Notes: generated by a model from the letters alone, not told the origin. DNA of 63,599 bases, filler included, from Octopus bimaculoides (GCF_001194135.2; 6 parts of 6 records of this genome joined end to end with filler, not necessarily neighbours in it); one strand, 5' to 3'. Counted from the first letter of the whole stretch, positions 27,325 to 40,322 are shown. Translations and numbers: made by a program.

Positions 27325-27733
27325 ACTCTTTACTCTTTTACTCTTTTACTTGTTTCAGTCATTTGAATGCGGCCATGCTGGAGCACTGCCTTTAGTCAAG
27401 CAAATCAACCCCGGGACTTATTCTCTGTAAGCCTAGTACTTATTCTATCGGTTTCTTTTGCCGAACTGCTAAGTCACGGGGATGTAAACACACCAGAATA
27501 AGTTGACAATCAATGCTAGGGGGACAAAGACATACACACAAACATACACACACACATATATATATACATATGTACGAAGGGCCTCTTTCAGTTTCCGTCT
27601 ACCAAATCCACTCCCAAGGCTTTGGTTGGCCCGAGGTTATAGTAGGAGACACTTGCCCAAGGAGCCACGCAGTGGGACTGAACCCGGAACCATGTGGTTG
27701 GTAAACAAGCTACTTACCACATAGCCACTCCTG
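27325..27733 (-). mobile_element. SINE family B, full length, nested in an older opposite-strand copy
   Basis: High similarity to 9577-9976; flanked by plus-strand family B pieces at about 27272-27322 and 27736-27945. Confidence 0.85.
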
Positions 27734-27953
27734 TGTTTTTATCTTTGTGTCTGTGTTTGTTCGCCGCGCATCACCGCTTGACAACCGGTGTTGGTAAGCT
27801 TACGTCCCCATATTCTATCGTTTCGTCAAAAACAAAAACGATAGAATAAGTACTGGGCTTAAAAAATAAGTTCAGTGGTCAATTTATGCGATTAAAACAC
27901 ATTAAGGGGATGGCCCAGCATGGTCTCAGTAACAAGTAAAAGAATATATTTAT

Positions 27954-28182
27954 TTCTGCATTGCCCACAGGGTGCTAAACATAGAGGGTTTAAGCAAGGA
28001 CAGATGAAGGTTTTAAGTCGATTACATCGACACTAGTACGTAACTGGTACTTGTTTAACCGACCCCAAAAGGATGAAAGGCTAAGTCGACCTCGGCGGAA
28101 TTTGAACTCAGAACGTAGCGGCAGACGAAATACCGCTAAGCATTTCGCCCGGCGTGCTAATGATTCTGGCAGCTCGTCACCT
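27954..28182 (-). mobile_element. SINE family A with 17-bp target-site duplication
   Basis: Family A body; identical taaaagaatatatttat at 27937-27953 and 28183-28199. Confidence 0.9.
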
Positions 28183-28238
28183 TAAAAGAATATATTTATA
28201 TACGTGTGTGTACATATATATATATACATATATACATA

Positions 28239-28606
28239 GTGGAGGAGTAATGGCCCGTGGTTAGAGCAGTGGACTCGCGGTCATAGGATCACGGTTTCGA
28301 TTCCAAGACCGAGCGTTGTGCGTGTTTATTGAGCGAAAACACTTAGAATTCCATGCGGCTGTTGGTGAAACCTGTTGTATTCTTTCACTGCAACTTTCTC
28401 TCACCCTTTCTTCCTGTTTCAATTGTATCAGTATTTCAAAGGCCCAACCTTGCCACACTCCGTGTCACGCTGAATCTCCCCGAGAACTACGTTATGGGTA
28501 CACGTGTATGTAGTGTGCTCAGCCACTTGCAAGTTAAGTTCACGAGCAGGCTGTTCCGTTGATCGGATCAACGGGAAGCCACGTCGTCGTAACCGACGGA
28601 GTGCTA
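28239..28606 (+). mobile_element. tRNA-derived SINE family C (gtggaggcgcaatggccc head)
   Basis: A-box tggcccgtggttag and B-box ggtttcgattcc; body homologous to 50748-51066 and 56762-56898. Confidence 0.85.
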
Positions 28607-29621
28607 CGATATACATGTATATCCCTAAGCATATAACTGAACATTATATGTAAGTTTCTTGTCATGTGGGTGTGTAAGTGTAGCAATAGCCATTGTCTTA
28701 TGCAAAAGTCCTTTATTATTAGTGGCTGATGTTGTATTCAAACTTTCGACCCTCTCACATTAATTATGCCATAGTTTCAGTAAAACAATTTTCGGACATT
28801 TTTAGCCGTATTCTATATTGTACAATCTCCAGCGGTGTAAGTATTTATAGATCGATGTTTATTTCTATAACAAGACAATCAAGTAAATACAACTGTTCGT
28901 ATAGATATCGCTTTTAGTAATTCTTTATGCTTCAGCGTACACTCATGAAACTAGAATGTAATATATAAATTCCTACATACAGATATATACTTACAGATAT
29001 CTTGAACGTGCATACATGGACTTGCTTACTCAAAGTTAAGAAACCCTCTGATATATATACATGCATATATATATANNNNNNNNNNNNNNNNNNNNNNNNN
29101 NNNNNNNNNNNNNNNNNNNNNNNNNNNNNNNNNNNNNNNNNNNNNNNNNNNNNNNNNNNNNNNNNNNNNNNNNNNNNNNNNNNNNNNNNNNNNNNNNNNN
29201 NNNNNNNNNNNNNNNNNNNNNNNNNNNNNNNNNNNNNNNNNNNNNNNNNNNNNNNNNNNNNNNNNNNNNNNNNNNNNNNNNNNNNNNNNNNNNNNNNNNN
29301 NNNNNNNNNNNNNNNNNNNNNNNNNNNNNNNNNNNNNNNNNNNNNNNNNNNNNNNNNNNNNNNNNNNNNNNNNNNNNNNNNNNATATATATGAATGGATG
29401 CATTATAGAAAATGTGCAAGTAGATGAAAAATTCGTAAAAGAGAAAATGCAGAGAATCGCCCACTGAGTAAATAATAGAAATGTTGTTAGAATATCTATC
29501 TACAGTTCTACTACACACACATGCTCACAAACACATATATACGCACATAAACACTAACATGCACATATGCATTAGTAGATTGCAAACGCACTGATAATGT
29601 TTACTGTGTCCATATATATAT

Positions 29622-29659
<38 letters not shown>

Positions 29660-29660
29660 A

Positions 29661-29775
<115 letters not shown>

Positions 29776-30507
29776 TTGCTGTTTTATTGATTTCATAAAA
29801 TGGACTGTGAGAGCATTTGTATAGCCTGTACATTTTTATAGTAGTGACGAACATACATAAGGCACACACACACATAAATATATATACACACAGTCTATAT
29901 ATATAATACACACACTGTTATGTATGTAAACACATTGTTATGCATCTGGCTTGAAATATTACTCTTTTTCTACCTTCACTTTTGTGTGCGTATGTCCAGT
30001 CTTCAATTATTTTAGTCGATATATACTTAGACCTCGCGCTTTCCTATGACCCCACTATAATATGAAGAACGAACACTAAGACACTTTTACGTTTCTCTTC
30101 ATTTTTCTCTTTTACAACTTATTTGTAAATATCCGGTTAAATTTTCCCTATTACCCCTTTTGGTTTTCCTTCTTGATTTTTATTAATAATTGTTTTGATG
30201 TTTTTTTCCTTAAATTCTTCACACTGACGAAAATGTCAATAGAAAACTTTAATTATAATAATTATTATTATTTTTTTCTTACATATTTGTATTGCCCTTC
30301 TAATCGTTCGTATGTGCTTATTAAATCCAATTTTGATTTTTTAACATCTCTTCTCCATTTTTATAATTGCTAATAATTGCTACTGGTATCTTTATACCTA
30401 TGACGAACTTTTTCAATTTGCTATTTTCATATTCTTATTGCTTGCTCTAGCAGGATATTTCTGAATATAATGAATTTTTATTAGAAATGTTTTTCTCTCA
30501 TTTGGGA

Positions 30508-30572
<65 letters not shown>

Positions 30573-30616
30573 NNNNNNNNNNNNNNNNNNNNNNNNNNNN
30601 NNNNNNNNNNNNNNNN

Positions 30617-30628
30617 TTAATTAATTAA
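30617..30628. other. Artificial scaffold linker TTAATTAATTAA inside 100-bp gaps (also 36228, 43469, 51290, 59852)
   Basis: Identical 12-mer with stops in all six frames, each centred between 44-N runs. Confidence 0.95.
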
Positions 30629-30971
30629 NNNNNNNNNNNNNNNNNNNNNNNNNNNNNNNNNNNNNNNNNNNNCAAAACACTCTCTATCATATATATTGAC
30701 ACAAACACACTTACAGATGGTAATACAAACCTCCATCTTCTTACTGACAGAATATACAGAACCACACATACACAAACAGGCATGCAACATACATACATAC
30801 ATATGTACATATACATAAATGCATACATATATATATGCATACATACCTACCTACCTACATACATACATACATATGTACATATACATAAATGCATACATAC
30901 ATATATGCATGCATACATACATATATGCATGCATACATGCATATATACATACATATATACAAGCATGCATG

Positions 30972-31022
<51 letters not shown>

Positions 31023-31213
31023 ATATATATGTTGTATATATATATATTTATGTATGTATATATATATATATATGTATATATAAATACGCTCCCAACATAT
31101 GCAACGTACATATGCTTGTGTGCTTACACAAATATATCATGTATACACACACACACACACATACACACCCCACAAACACATCATCAGTTACACCAGAAAT
31201 GCCATGCACCCAT

Positions 31214-31279
<66 letters not shown>

Positions 31280-32448
31280 NNNNNNNNNNNNNNNNNNNNN
31301 NNNNNNNNNNNNNNNNNNNNNNNNNNNNNNNNNNNNNNNNNNNNNNNNNNNNNNNNNNNNNNNNNNNNNNNNNNNNNNNNNNNNNNNNNNNNNNNNNNNN
31401 NNNNNNNNNNNNNNNNNNNNNNNNNNNNNNNNNNNNNNNNNNNNNNNNNNNNNNNNNNNNNNNNNNNNNNNNNNNNNNNNNNNNNNNNNNNNNNNNNNNN
31501 NNNNNNNNNNNNNNNNNNNNNNNNNNNNNNNNNNNNNNNNNNNNNNNNNNNNNNNNNNNNNNNNNNNNNNNNNNNNNNNNNNNNNNNNNNNNNNNNNNNN
31601 NNNNNNNNNNNNNNNNNNNNNNNNNNNNNNNNNNNNNNNNNNNNNNNNNNNNNNNNNNNNNNNNNNNNNNNNNNNNNNNNNNNNNNNNNNNNNNNNNNNN
31701 NNNNNNNNNNNNNNNNNNNNNNNNNNNNNNNNNNNNNNNNNNNNNNNNNNNNNNNNNNNNNNNNNNNNNNNNNNNNNNNNNNNNNNNNNNNNNNNNNNNN
31801 NNNNNNNNNNNNNNNNNNNNNNNNNNNNNNNNNNNNNNNNNNNNNNNNNNNNNNNNNNNNNNNNNNNNNNNNNNNNNNNNNNNNNNNNNNNNNNNNNNNN
31901 NNNNNNNNNNNNNNNNNNNNNNNNNNNNNNNNNNNNNNNNNNNNNNNNNNNNNNNNNNNNNNNNNNNNNNNNNNNNNNNNNNNNNNNNNNNNNNNNNNNN
32001 NNNNNNNNNNNNNNNNNNNNNNNNNNNNNNNNNNNNNNNNNNNNNNNNNNNNNNNNNNNNNNNNNNNNNNNNNNNNNNNNNNNNNNNNNNNNNNNNNNNN
32101 NNNNNNNNNNNNNNNNNNNNNNNNNNNNNNNNNNNNNNNNNNNNNNNNNNNNNNNNNNNNNNNNNNNNNNNNNNNNNNNNNNNNNNNNNNNNNNNNNNNN
32201 NNNNNNNNNNNNNNNNNNNNNNNNNNNNNNNNTGTGTGTTTCTATGTGTCTGTTTATAATAACATGTGTATTTGTGTGTGTTTGTAACTGCCTGTCAATC
32301 TGTATGATATGCCTATACATGTATATGTATGTGTGCATCCGTGTGTGTCTTTCTCTCTATATGTATGTGCACATTTGTGTGAGTGTGTGTGCATGCACAT
32401 TTGTATGCCTATATGTGTCCATCTGCTTGTGTCTCTCTGTATGTATGT

Positions 32449-32541
<93 letters not shown>

Positions 32542-32683
32542 GAACTCCTCCTCACCTACCAACTATCAGTCACTCTGTCTGTTTCCTGATGTATCCTAAC
32601 ACTTCCGAGTGTGAAAGCGTGTGGGTATATGTGTGTATGTATGCATTTCACTGTCAGGTTTGATATCTATCTATCTGTCTGTG

Positions 32684-32714
<31 letters not shown>

Positions 32715-32919
32715 GTGTCTGTCTGTCTGTCTATCAATCTCTTTATCAAACTGGCTGTTTGGCTGGCTGGCTGGATGCCTGTCTGCTTGTCTACACATTT
32801 GCCTATCTGCCTCCATGTTGGCTCATCTGCCTGTCTGTCTGTCTACCTACCTACCTACCTACCTACCTACCTACCTACCTACCTACTTACCTATCCATCT
32901 ATATATCTATTTATCTATC

Positions 32920-32950
<31 letters not shown>

Positions 32951-34290
32951 TGTGTGTGTGTGTGTATAGNNNNNNNNNNGTGTGTGTGTGTGTGTGTGTA
33001 TGTTTGTGTGTTTGCCTATATGTGTGTATCAGCCTTATATATGTATGTGTATGTGTCTGCCTATATGTGTGTGTGTTTGTGTGTCAGCCTATATATGTGT
33101 GTGCGTGTGTCTGCTAATATATATGTGCGTGTGTATGTATGTGCATGTGTGTCTATCCCTATGGCATGCCTGTCTACATATATGTGTGTGTTTCTATGTG
33201 TCTGTTTATAATAACATGTGTATTTGTGTGTGTTTGTAACTGCCTGTCAATCTGTATGATATGCCTATACATGTATATGTATGTGTGCATCCGTGTGTGT
33301 CTTTCTCTCTATATGTATGTGCACATTTGTGTGAGTGTGTGTGCATGCACATTTGTATGCCTATATGNNNNNNNNNNNNNNNNNNNNNNNNNNNNNNNNN
33401 NNNNNNNNNNNNNNNNNNNNNNNNNNNNNNNNNNNNNNNNNNNNNNNNNNNNNNNNNNNNNNNNNNNNNNNNNNNNNNNNNNNNNNNNNNNNNNNNNNNN
33501 NNNNNNNNNNNNNNNNNNNNNNNNNNNNNNNNNNNNNNNNNNNNNNNNNNNNNNNNNNNNNNNNNNNNNNNNNNNNNNNNNNNNNNNNNNNNNNNNNNNN
33601 NNNNNNNNNNNNNNNNNNNNNNNNNNNNNNNNNNNNNNNNNNNNNNNNNNNNNNNNNNNNNNNNNNNNNNNNNNNNNNNNNNNNNNNNNNNNNNNNNNNN
33701 NNNNNNNNNNNNNNNNNNNNNNNNNNNNNNNNNNNNNNNNNNNNNNNNNNNNNNNNNNNNNNNNNNNNNNNNNNNNNNNNNNNNNNNNNNNNNNNNNNNN
33801 NNNNNNNNNNNNNNNNNNNNNNNNNNNNNNNNNNNNNNNNNNNNNNNNNNNNNNNNNNNNNNNNNNNNNNNNNNNNNNNNNNNNNNNNNNNNNNNNNNNN
33901 NNNNNNNNNNNNNNNNNNNNNNNNNNNNNNNNNNNNNNNNNNNNNNNNNNNNNNNNNNNNNNNNNNNNNNNNNNNNNNNNNNNNNNNNNNNNNNNNNNNN
34001 NNNNNNNNNNNNNNNNNNNNNNNNNNNNNNNNNNNNNNNNNNNNNNNNNNNNNNNNNNNNNNNNNNNNNNNNNNNNNNNNNNNNNNNNNNNNNNNNNNNN
34101 NNNNNNNNNNNNNNNNNNNNNNNNNNNNNNNNNNNNNNNNNNNNNNNNNNNNNNNNNNNNNNNNNNNNNNNNNNNNNNNNNNNNNNNNNNNNNNNNNNNN
34201 NNNNNNNNNNNNNNNNNNNNNNNNNNNNNNNNNNNNNNNNNNNNNNNNNNNNNNNNNNNNNNNNNNNNNNNNNNNNNNNNNNNNNNNNNN

Positions 34291-34690
34291 CACATAACTG
34301 GTACTCATCCCAGTAGCCTGTAAAAAGCACCTTTAGAGCATTGGGCCTCAAGGAAGCAAAGTGGTCAGTGCTGGTGGCACACATAAAGCTCCTTTCAAAT
34401 GTTGGGCCTCGCAGAGGCAATGACCAAGACCTTTGGCATTATGTCATGCTTGAGAAGAAGACCCATCGATCCAAGTAAAATTGCAGTCGTGGCAGATACC
34501 GGTGTCACGCAAATGGCACCTATACTGGTGGCACGTAAAAGCACCCATTACACTCTCGGAGTGGTTGGCATTAGGAGGGCATCCAGCCATAGAAGCCATG
34601 CCAAATCGGACTGGGGTCTTCTGCAGCCTTCCAGCTGGCCAGCCCTGGTCAAACCGTCCAACCCATGCCAGCATGGACAACAGACACTAA

Positions 34691-34700
<10 letters not shown>
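34291..34700 (+). mobile_element. Retroposon 3' region ending in a (GAT)n tail (RTE-type tail inferred)
   Basis: gtggcacgtaaaagcacc...ggagtggttggcattagg...gtccaacccatgccagcatgg...aaatgatgat; homologous to 41220-41398 and 36558-36630. Confidence 0.65.
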
Positions 34701-34725
<25 letters not shown>

Positions 34726-34870
34726 AACGATGGTGGTGACGCCAACGATGACGATGACGACAATGACGATGATGATGGTTGGTTGTCATGGTGGTGGTGA
34801 TGATGATGACGATGATGGTGATGATAGTGTGGATGATGATGACGATGTCGATGATAATGATGAGGATGAG

Positions 34871-34903
<33 letters not shown>

Positions 34904-34907
34904 GATA
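34690..34907. repeat. (GAT)n/(GGT)n compound trinucleotide tract
   Basis: Directly visible; the source of the poly-D and poly-M ORFs. Confidence 0.95.
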
Positions 34908-35139
34908 ATGAAACGTGTCAATCTCATGTCTACATGCCTTCTATTACACCGCTTTTAAATATGCTGACCGTAGGTTCGATCAAGCATACTTATGGTCAAA
35001 ACCAAATCAGTCGTGAACATCCTGTACTTTTCTCACACAGAGAAAACCCCACACCATATTATCTACATAACAGTAACAAAAGGACATCTATTTGTACACA
35101 CATTTCCTACTACATTTATGTATATAAATATATATATAC

Positions 35140-35224
<85 letters not shown>

Positions 35225-35904
35225 TAATTGTATGTGTTTAATATCCTATGTCATTTCTGCATATAAAACTCACCACTAATTCTCCAGCACAATGCATAAT
35301 AAACATTTTTAAGCAAACGCACAAAATAATCATTTTTGCACACAATATGTATACATTTCACCAAAATTTTAAATACCATTTTTACACTTAATACACAAAC
35401 ACCATTTTTAGACCTAATATACACAATTTTTATTCATAATATAACATCACTACTTCAATACATAATATATAAAACCATTTTTATATCCTATAAAGCTAAA
35501 CAGTTTTTACACCCAGTACCCAGCACCGTTTCTAATCATTAAAAAGCAACACCATTTTTACAAACCTTATAAAAACATACTTTTTACATAGCATAGACAA
35601 TAAACAATACTATCTTCGCACATTATAAAATGCTACTTCTGTTTTTTTTTATATATTAAGTTTGTAAAAGAATTCTTAAAAAATTATTTTAATGTTCATA
35701 AAAAAATTAAATATCATTTCTGTGTAACTTATTGAATGTATTGATAAGTAAGATATTGATTTTTTTTTTAACAAAATCTCCATAGCACATGTATTTTATG
35801 AGAGTGTTGAATATGATCAGAATGTGTTGTACCTGGTATATTACTGGTACTTAAGTTATTAATGTCAACAATGATGATAGATGGACAATCATGTTTTGTA
35901 AGAA

Positions 35905-36040
35905 ATTTATTACTTGTTCTTGACATTTAAAAATGGTCGTTTGACTGCAACCATGCTGGGGTACAGCCATGATGGGTTTTAGTCAAACAAATCGACCCCC
36001 AAGACTTAATTTTTAAGCCTAGTACTTATTCTATCGATCT
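35905..36040 (-). mobile_element. SINE family B 3' fragment
   Basis: tttgactgcaaccatgctgg...aatcgacccccaagactta...cctagtacttattctatcg. Confidence 0.7.
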
Positions 36041-36131
36041 CTGTTGAAATTTCAATGAAGAAACCTTGGATCTAGGTCGGAAACCAGTTTTTTAATTATT
36101 ATCAAGAGATCTTGAAATAAAACTGAACAAT

Positions 36132-36183
<52 letters not shown>

Positions 36184-36557
36184 NNNNNNNNNNNNNNNNN
36201 NNNNNNNNNNNNNNNNNNNNNNNNNNNTTAATTAATTAANNNNNNNNNNNNNNNNNNNNNNNNNNNNNNNNNNNNNNNNNNNNGGGGGGGAAGAAGAGAA
36301 AGATAATTTGAGGTTTTTGACGACTGAAGAGAAATATCAAAGCAAATAACATTTGTCTTGGTTTTGGTTGGTTTCATTATTTCCCAACAGACAATAGCAG
36401 CTTCTCCCCTCCTCCATTAAACTGTTAAAATATACCAGAAGCTCTTCTTTTAAATTTTCTTTAGGACTCATCAAGTCGGTTACCTAGTCTCCATGGCATA
36501 TAAGCAGCCGACATCACAACATTCTCTTTGAACAGGATGCTGGGTATCAGCTTTTCA

Positions 36558-36630
36558 TCATCATCTTCATTTAACGTCCATTTTCCAAGCTAGCATAGGT
36601 TGGACGGTTTGACTGGAGCTGACAAGGCTC
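36558..36630 (-). mobile_element. (GAT)n-tailed retroposon 3' tip
   Basis: catcatcatcttcatttaacgtccattttccaagctagcataggttggacgg is the reverse complement of the 41340-41398 tail. Confidence 0.65.
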
Positions 36631-37054
36631 AGAGCCATATCAGCATCCATTGTCTGTTCTCGGATGGTTTCTATGGCTGAATGTCTTTCTGAAGGTTTTT
36701 ACAGAACATACTGAGACAGTAGAATCTGAAGATAGAACGCAAAGAGCCAGAAGAGATAGCACAAGGTATCCCATCCAATGTTCTGATAATTCTGTTAATC
36801 TTCTAACCTGGGTTATTGACCCCAAATAGATGAAAGACAAAGGTACAGTTGGTAGAGTTTGAGGTAAGAGAACTGGAATATATACTGCAAGGAGTTCTAT
36901 CTGACACGCCAACAGTTTGGCGTCATCACATCTCAGTATTTTAAACCTTTTGTTCCTGTATTTATTTTGAGATGCTCTGTGTTTCTTTCAAGTAATTTTA
37001 AATTATCATCATCATCACCATTTAACGTCTCTTTTCCATGCTGGCATGGGTTAT

Positions 37055-37219
37055 AACAAAGAATTTAGTAAGATAACTTAGTTATCATTAAGCTACTGCT
37101 AGAAATATAAATTGTGACTAAGGTTTGGTGGAAGATTTTAATTCAAAGCTTATGGAAACAAGACATTTGTACTACAGAGCCAGAGCTGGTTTCAGCTGGG
37201 TTGGTAAAGAAAGGGTTAA
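37055..37219. mobile_element. Possible piggyBac-type MITE end
   Basis: Ends in ...gaaagggTTAA; the partner terminus was not found. Confidence 0.3.
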
Positions 37220-37511
37220 GCATTGCAATCACTGATATACATGAAAATAAATATTTCTAAACTATTTCTAATCATACACAGTACAATAGACATTCATGAA
37301 ACACAAAATCATTTCAAGAGGAATACTTTAGCAAATTAAATAAGACTTGTAATATTCTAAGAGTACGTTCTTACCACAAAAGATGTCAACTACTGTGTGA
37401 GGGATGGTGGGAGGTGGAATGAGCGTTACTAGGAGGATGAGGAAGAACAATATTTATTATCTGATAGTCCAGCATCACCATCATCAGCTTAAGGAGTGCA
37501 GAGCTTATCCA

Positions 37512-37686
37512 ATGTTCATTATTTACATTATTTACTTTATTTACATTATTTACTTTTGACGGATATTTGTCCTCAACTTCTTTGTTGTTAACACAATGTT
37601 TCAGCTGATATACCTTCCAACCTTCATCAGGTGTCATGGGGAAATTTCGAACCTGGGTTCTCATTCCTAAGGTATTTTTTGATGTT
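37512..37686 (-). mobile_element. Hammerhead-bearing short repeat, copy A
   Basis: Homologous to 37688-37843 and 40323-40510; carries GACAC-CTGATGA-A-GGTTG..CAGCT-GAAAC-ATT-GTGTT. Confidence 0.85.
37590..37635 (-). ncRNA. Minimal type I hammerhead ribozyme motif (best-preserved copy)
   Basis: Intact CUGAUGA and GAAA cores; stem I GACAC/GUGUU; stem II GGUUG/CAGCU; G16.2 changed to A. Confidence 0.7.
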
Positions 37687-37687
37687 G

Positions 37688-37843
37688 GGAATGAGAACCC
37701 AGGTTCGAAATTTCCCCATGACACCTGATGAAGGCTGGAGGGTATATCATCTGAAACGTGTTAACAAGAAACAAGATGAGGACAAATATCCGTCAAATGT
37801 AAATAATGTAAATAATTCTTCATCTCTTAAATGTAGAACTGTA
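37688..37843 (+). mobile_element. Hammerhead-bearing short repeat, copy B (inverted against copy A)
   Basis: CTGATGA at 37725-37731, GAAAC at 37753-37757; 3-nt deletion at the cleavage site. Confidence 0.85.
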
Positions 37844-38788
37844 GTATCCAAAGTTGTTTTTTGCTTATGATGTACCATCTCTTCGTACAGCTCTGCATAG
37901 GAACTAAACTCATTGCAAACTCCAAGATCAACATCGTCTCATCTTTTCAGGGTTGACAAAATAAATTGCCAGTCAAGTACCAGGGTTGATCATATAGATT
38001 AACCCACATCCCCTCTAACATTGTTGGCCCTGTCCCTTATTCAAAAACCATTATTATTCTAAAATGTCAACAGGAAAGAAATGACAGGGAACAGAAGCAA
38101 ACCAGATCAAGTGCTTAGCAGAATTTCATTGTCTCCTCTTTAGATTGTGAGTTCAAATCTTGCTGGGGTTGATGTTAGCCTTCATTTCCTGATGATTGAT
38201 AAAATATGTACCAGTAAAGTACTGGGGTAATAACATCCATTCCTTAAAAGTAGCACAACCAAAAAAAAAAATATTGAAATTTTGAAATATTGTCATTAAA
38301 ATAGAAATCTAATGTTTTTGTTGTTTAGCCTAAGGTCAGCTCTTATTGAGAAGATCTATAATAAAATGTAAACTAGCTATTAACATCTTGAATTTTTTTT
38401 CTGCTTTCAGAAATAGTATCTAATCAGCCATTTCATTTCCAAGATGGTAAGATGTGATTTGGAGGAGGTTTTATTTAAAAATTATACCAAAATATCCATC
38501 ATGACCTGTTAAGCACCAATAACACTTCATTAATGTTAGACACAAAATATCGAACCAAATGGAAGACTATATTCTTGATCAAAATCAAAAAAGGAAAAGA
38601 CAAGCTGAAAATACATATGCTTCAGACACCAAATCTGTTGTTCTTTTACTGTTGAACTAAAAACCATGAAGAATTTGTGTCAAACAAAATTAACAGAAAC
38701 TTACAGACAGTAATATACTGAGTCTACGTATGTTTAGTATGTCAAAGAACCACATAGAGAAGACGTCTTCAGTCACTGTGTTATGGCA

Positions 38789-38893
38789 CTATGATTTACA
38801 GGTGTGCTATGATTTACAGGTGTGCTATGATTTACAGGTGTGCTATGATTTACAGGTGTGCTATGATTTACAGGTGTGCTATGATTTACAGGT
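38789..38893. repeat. 18-bp minisatellite (ctatgatttacaggtgtg) x5.8
   Basis: Five perfect units plus a partial one; degenerate echoes continue to about 39080. Confidence 0.95.
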
Positions 38894-39254
38894 ACACAAC
38901 GAGTTTTAGTTTTTGAGATAATAATTTACGGTTGTATCATGGTTTATATGTGTAACATGAGTTCTTGGTGCAGAGGTTTACAGTTATATCATGAGATTTT
39001 GAGGCAATAGTTTACAGGTGTACATACCTTGGCTTACAGGTGAACAAGGATTTTAAGGTGATGGTTTACAGGTGTAGTTCTAAAACAATTTCTGAGGCAA
39101 GTTAAAACATAAGGATATATTTAGGAAAGTTAAGCATTTTTAATACACCTCACTGAGACATATTGACTCGTTTGTGACAAACTGCAGATTATGCATTCAA
39201 ATCCATTTTAAAATGAGTTTAATACTCATGTCTATGCAATAATTTTTTTTAAAT

Positions 39255-39360
39255 GGTCAGTCCCACTGTGTGGGCAAGTGTTTTCTTCTATAGCCTCATG
39301 CCAACCAAAGCCTTGTAAGTGGATTTGATAGATGGAAACTGAAAGAAACTCATAGTATAT
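39255..39360 (+). mobile_element. SINE family B 5' fragment
   Basis: cagtcccactg...gggcaagtg...aaagccttgtaagtggatttgatagatggaaactgaaagaa. Confidence 0.75.
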
Positions 39361-39838
39361 ATGCATATATTCATTTACATAGAAGATCAAAAATAAAATC
39401 ACAGATGCAAAGAAAGAAACGAACACTCAATACAGCGAGAAGAGTATACTCAGAATTCTGTGAAAGCACAAAGTCTTCAAGCGACTTGTACAGAAGCATA
39501 CCAATGCTACACATAGAAACTCTTTTGTTTGTTCTGGTGATTAGAAAAGAAAGAGTTAAATAAAAAATGTTGATAGCAATCAAAACAGTTCATCTTACAC
39601 CTGGTTTCGAGGCAGTATTTCAAATGAATTAGGAATTAAAGCAGAACTAATCTCAGAGATTCAATCTTGCTGAAGACAACTTGAAATTAGGGAAAATTCA
39701 TGATTAAAATTTTCAACTGCTATGAAACATAACTTGCAATTTATGAACAGAAATAGAAATTTACTAAGTGGGTAAGATGAGTGAGAGGTGTAGTTAACTC
39801 TATAATAAGGGTAGGTATGGTTGTGTGGGTAAGATGCT

Positions 39839-39884
39839 TGGCGTAGTAGTTAAGATTCCGAGTTCGATTTCAGGCAGTGACCTG
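39839..39884 (+). promoter_or_regulatory. tRNA-like Pol III head (A-box and B-box), internally deleted
   Basis: tggcgtagtag (39839-49) and gagttcgatttc (39860-71), followed by (AAT)n. Confidence 0.55.
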
Positions 39885-39903
39885 AATAATAATAATAATG
39901 ATG

Positions 39904-39948
<45 letters not shown>

Positions 39949-39952
<4 letters not shown>

Positions 39953-40267
39953 CTTTCAAAATACAAAGACCTGGAAATAGAGGTAACTCGAATGTGGAAT
40001 CTAAAAACAGAAACAATTCCTATCATAGTAGGTGCCTTAGGTATAATAAAAAATATTCAGACAAATACATAACAAAAACACCAGGACTTACAAATATATA
40101 TAACATACAGAAAATTGCACTACTGGGTACTGCACACATCCTACGGAAAACACTTTCAATACAGTAACCATAAGAGCACCACAGCAAACCACAGCACATA
40201 CCCAAGGCGCACAGAGCTGCGCTCGGTAGTGAAGTGAAAGCACGTTATAAAAATAAAACTACTGAAC
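39949..40267 (+). mobile_element. R4/Dong-like non-LTR retrotransposon, 5'-truncated 3' end (family 1)
   Basis: ...KYSDKYITKTPGLTNIYNIQKIALLGTAHILRKTLSIQ* plus 3' UTR; near identical to 61593-61952; (AAT)n on both sides. Confidence 0.8.
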
Positions 40268-40322
40268 AATAATAATAATAATAATAATAGTAATAATAAT
40301 AACAACAACAACAACAAAATTG

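Noticed and set aside
28239-28315. SINE heads as genuine tRNA genes (also 50748 and 56762)
   Set aside because: No acceptor stem closure; they continue into a shared SINE body.
36640-36912. Minus ORF with DDAKL and FIYLGS words suggesting a LINE RT
   Set aside because: Spacing and context do not fit; too weak.
38789-38893. Repeat array as CRISPR-like
   Set aside because: No spacers, eukaryotic context, no cas genes; a plain minisatellite.
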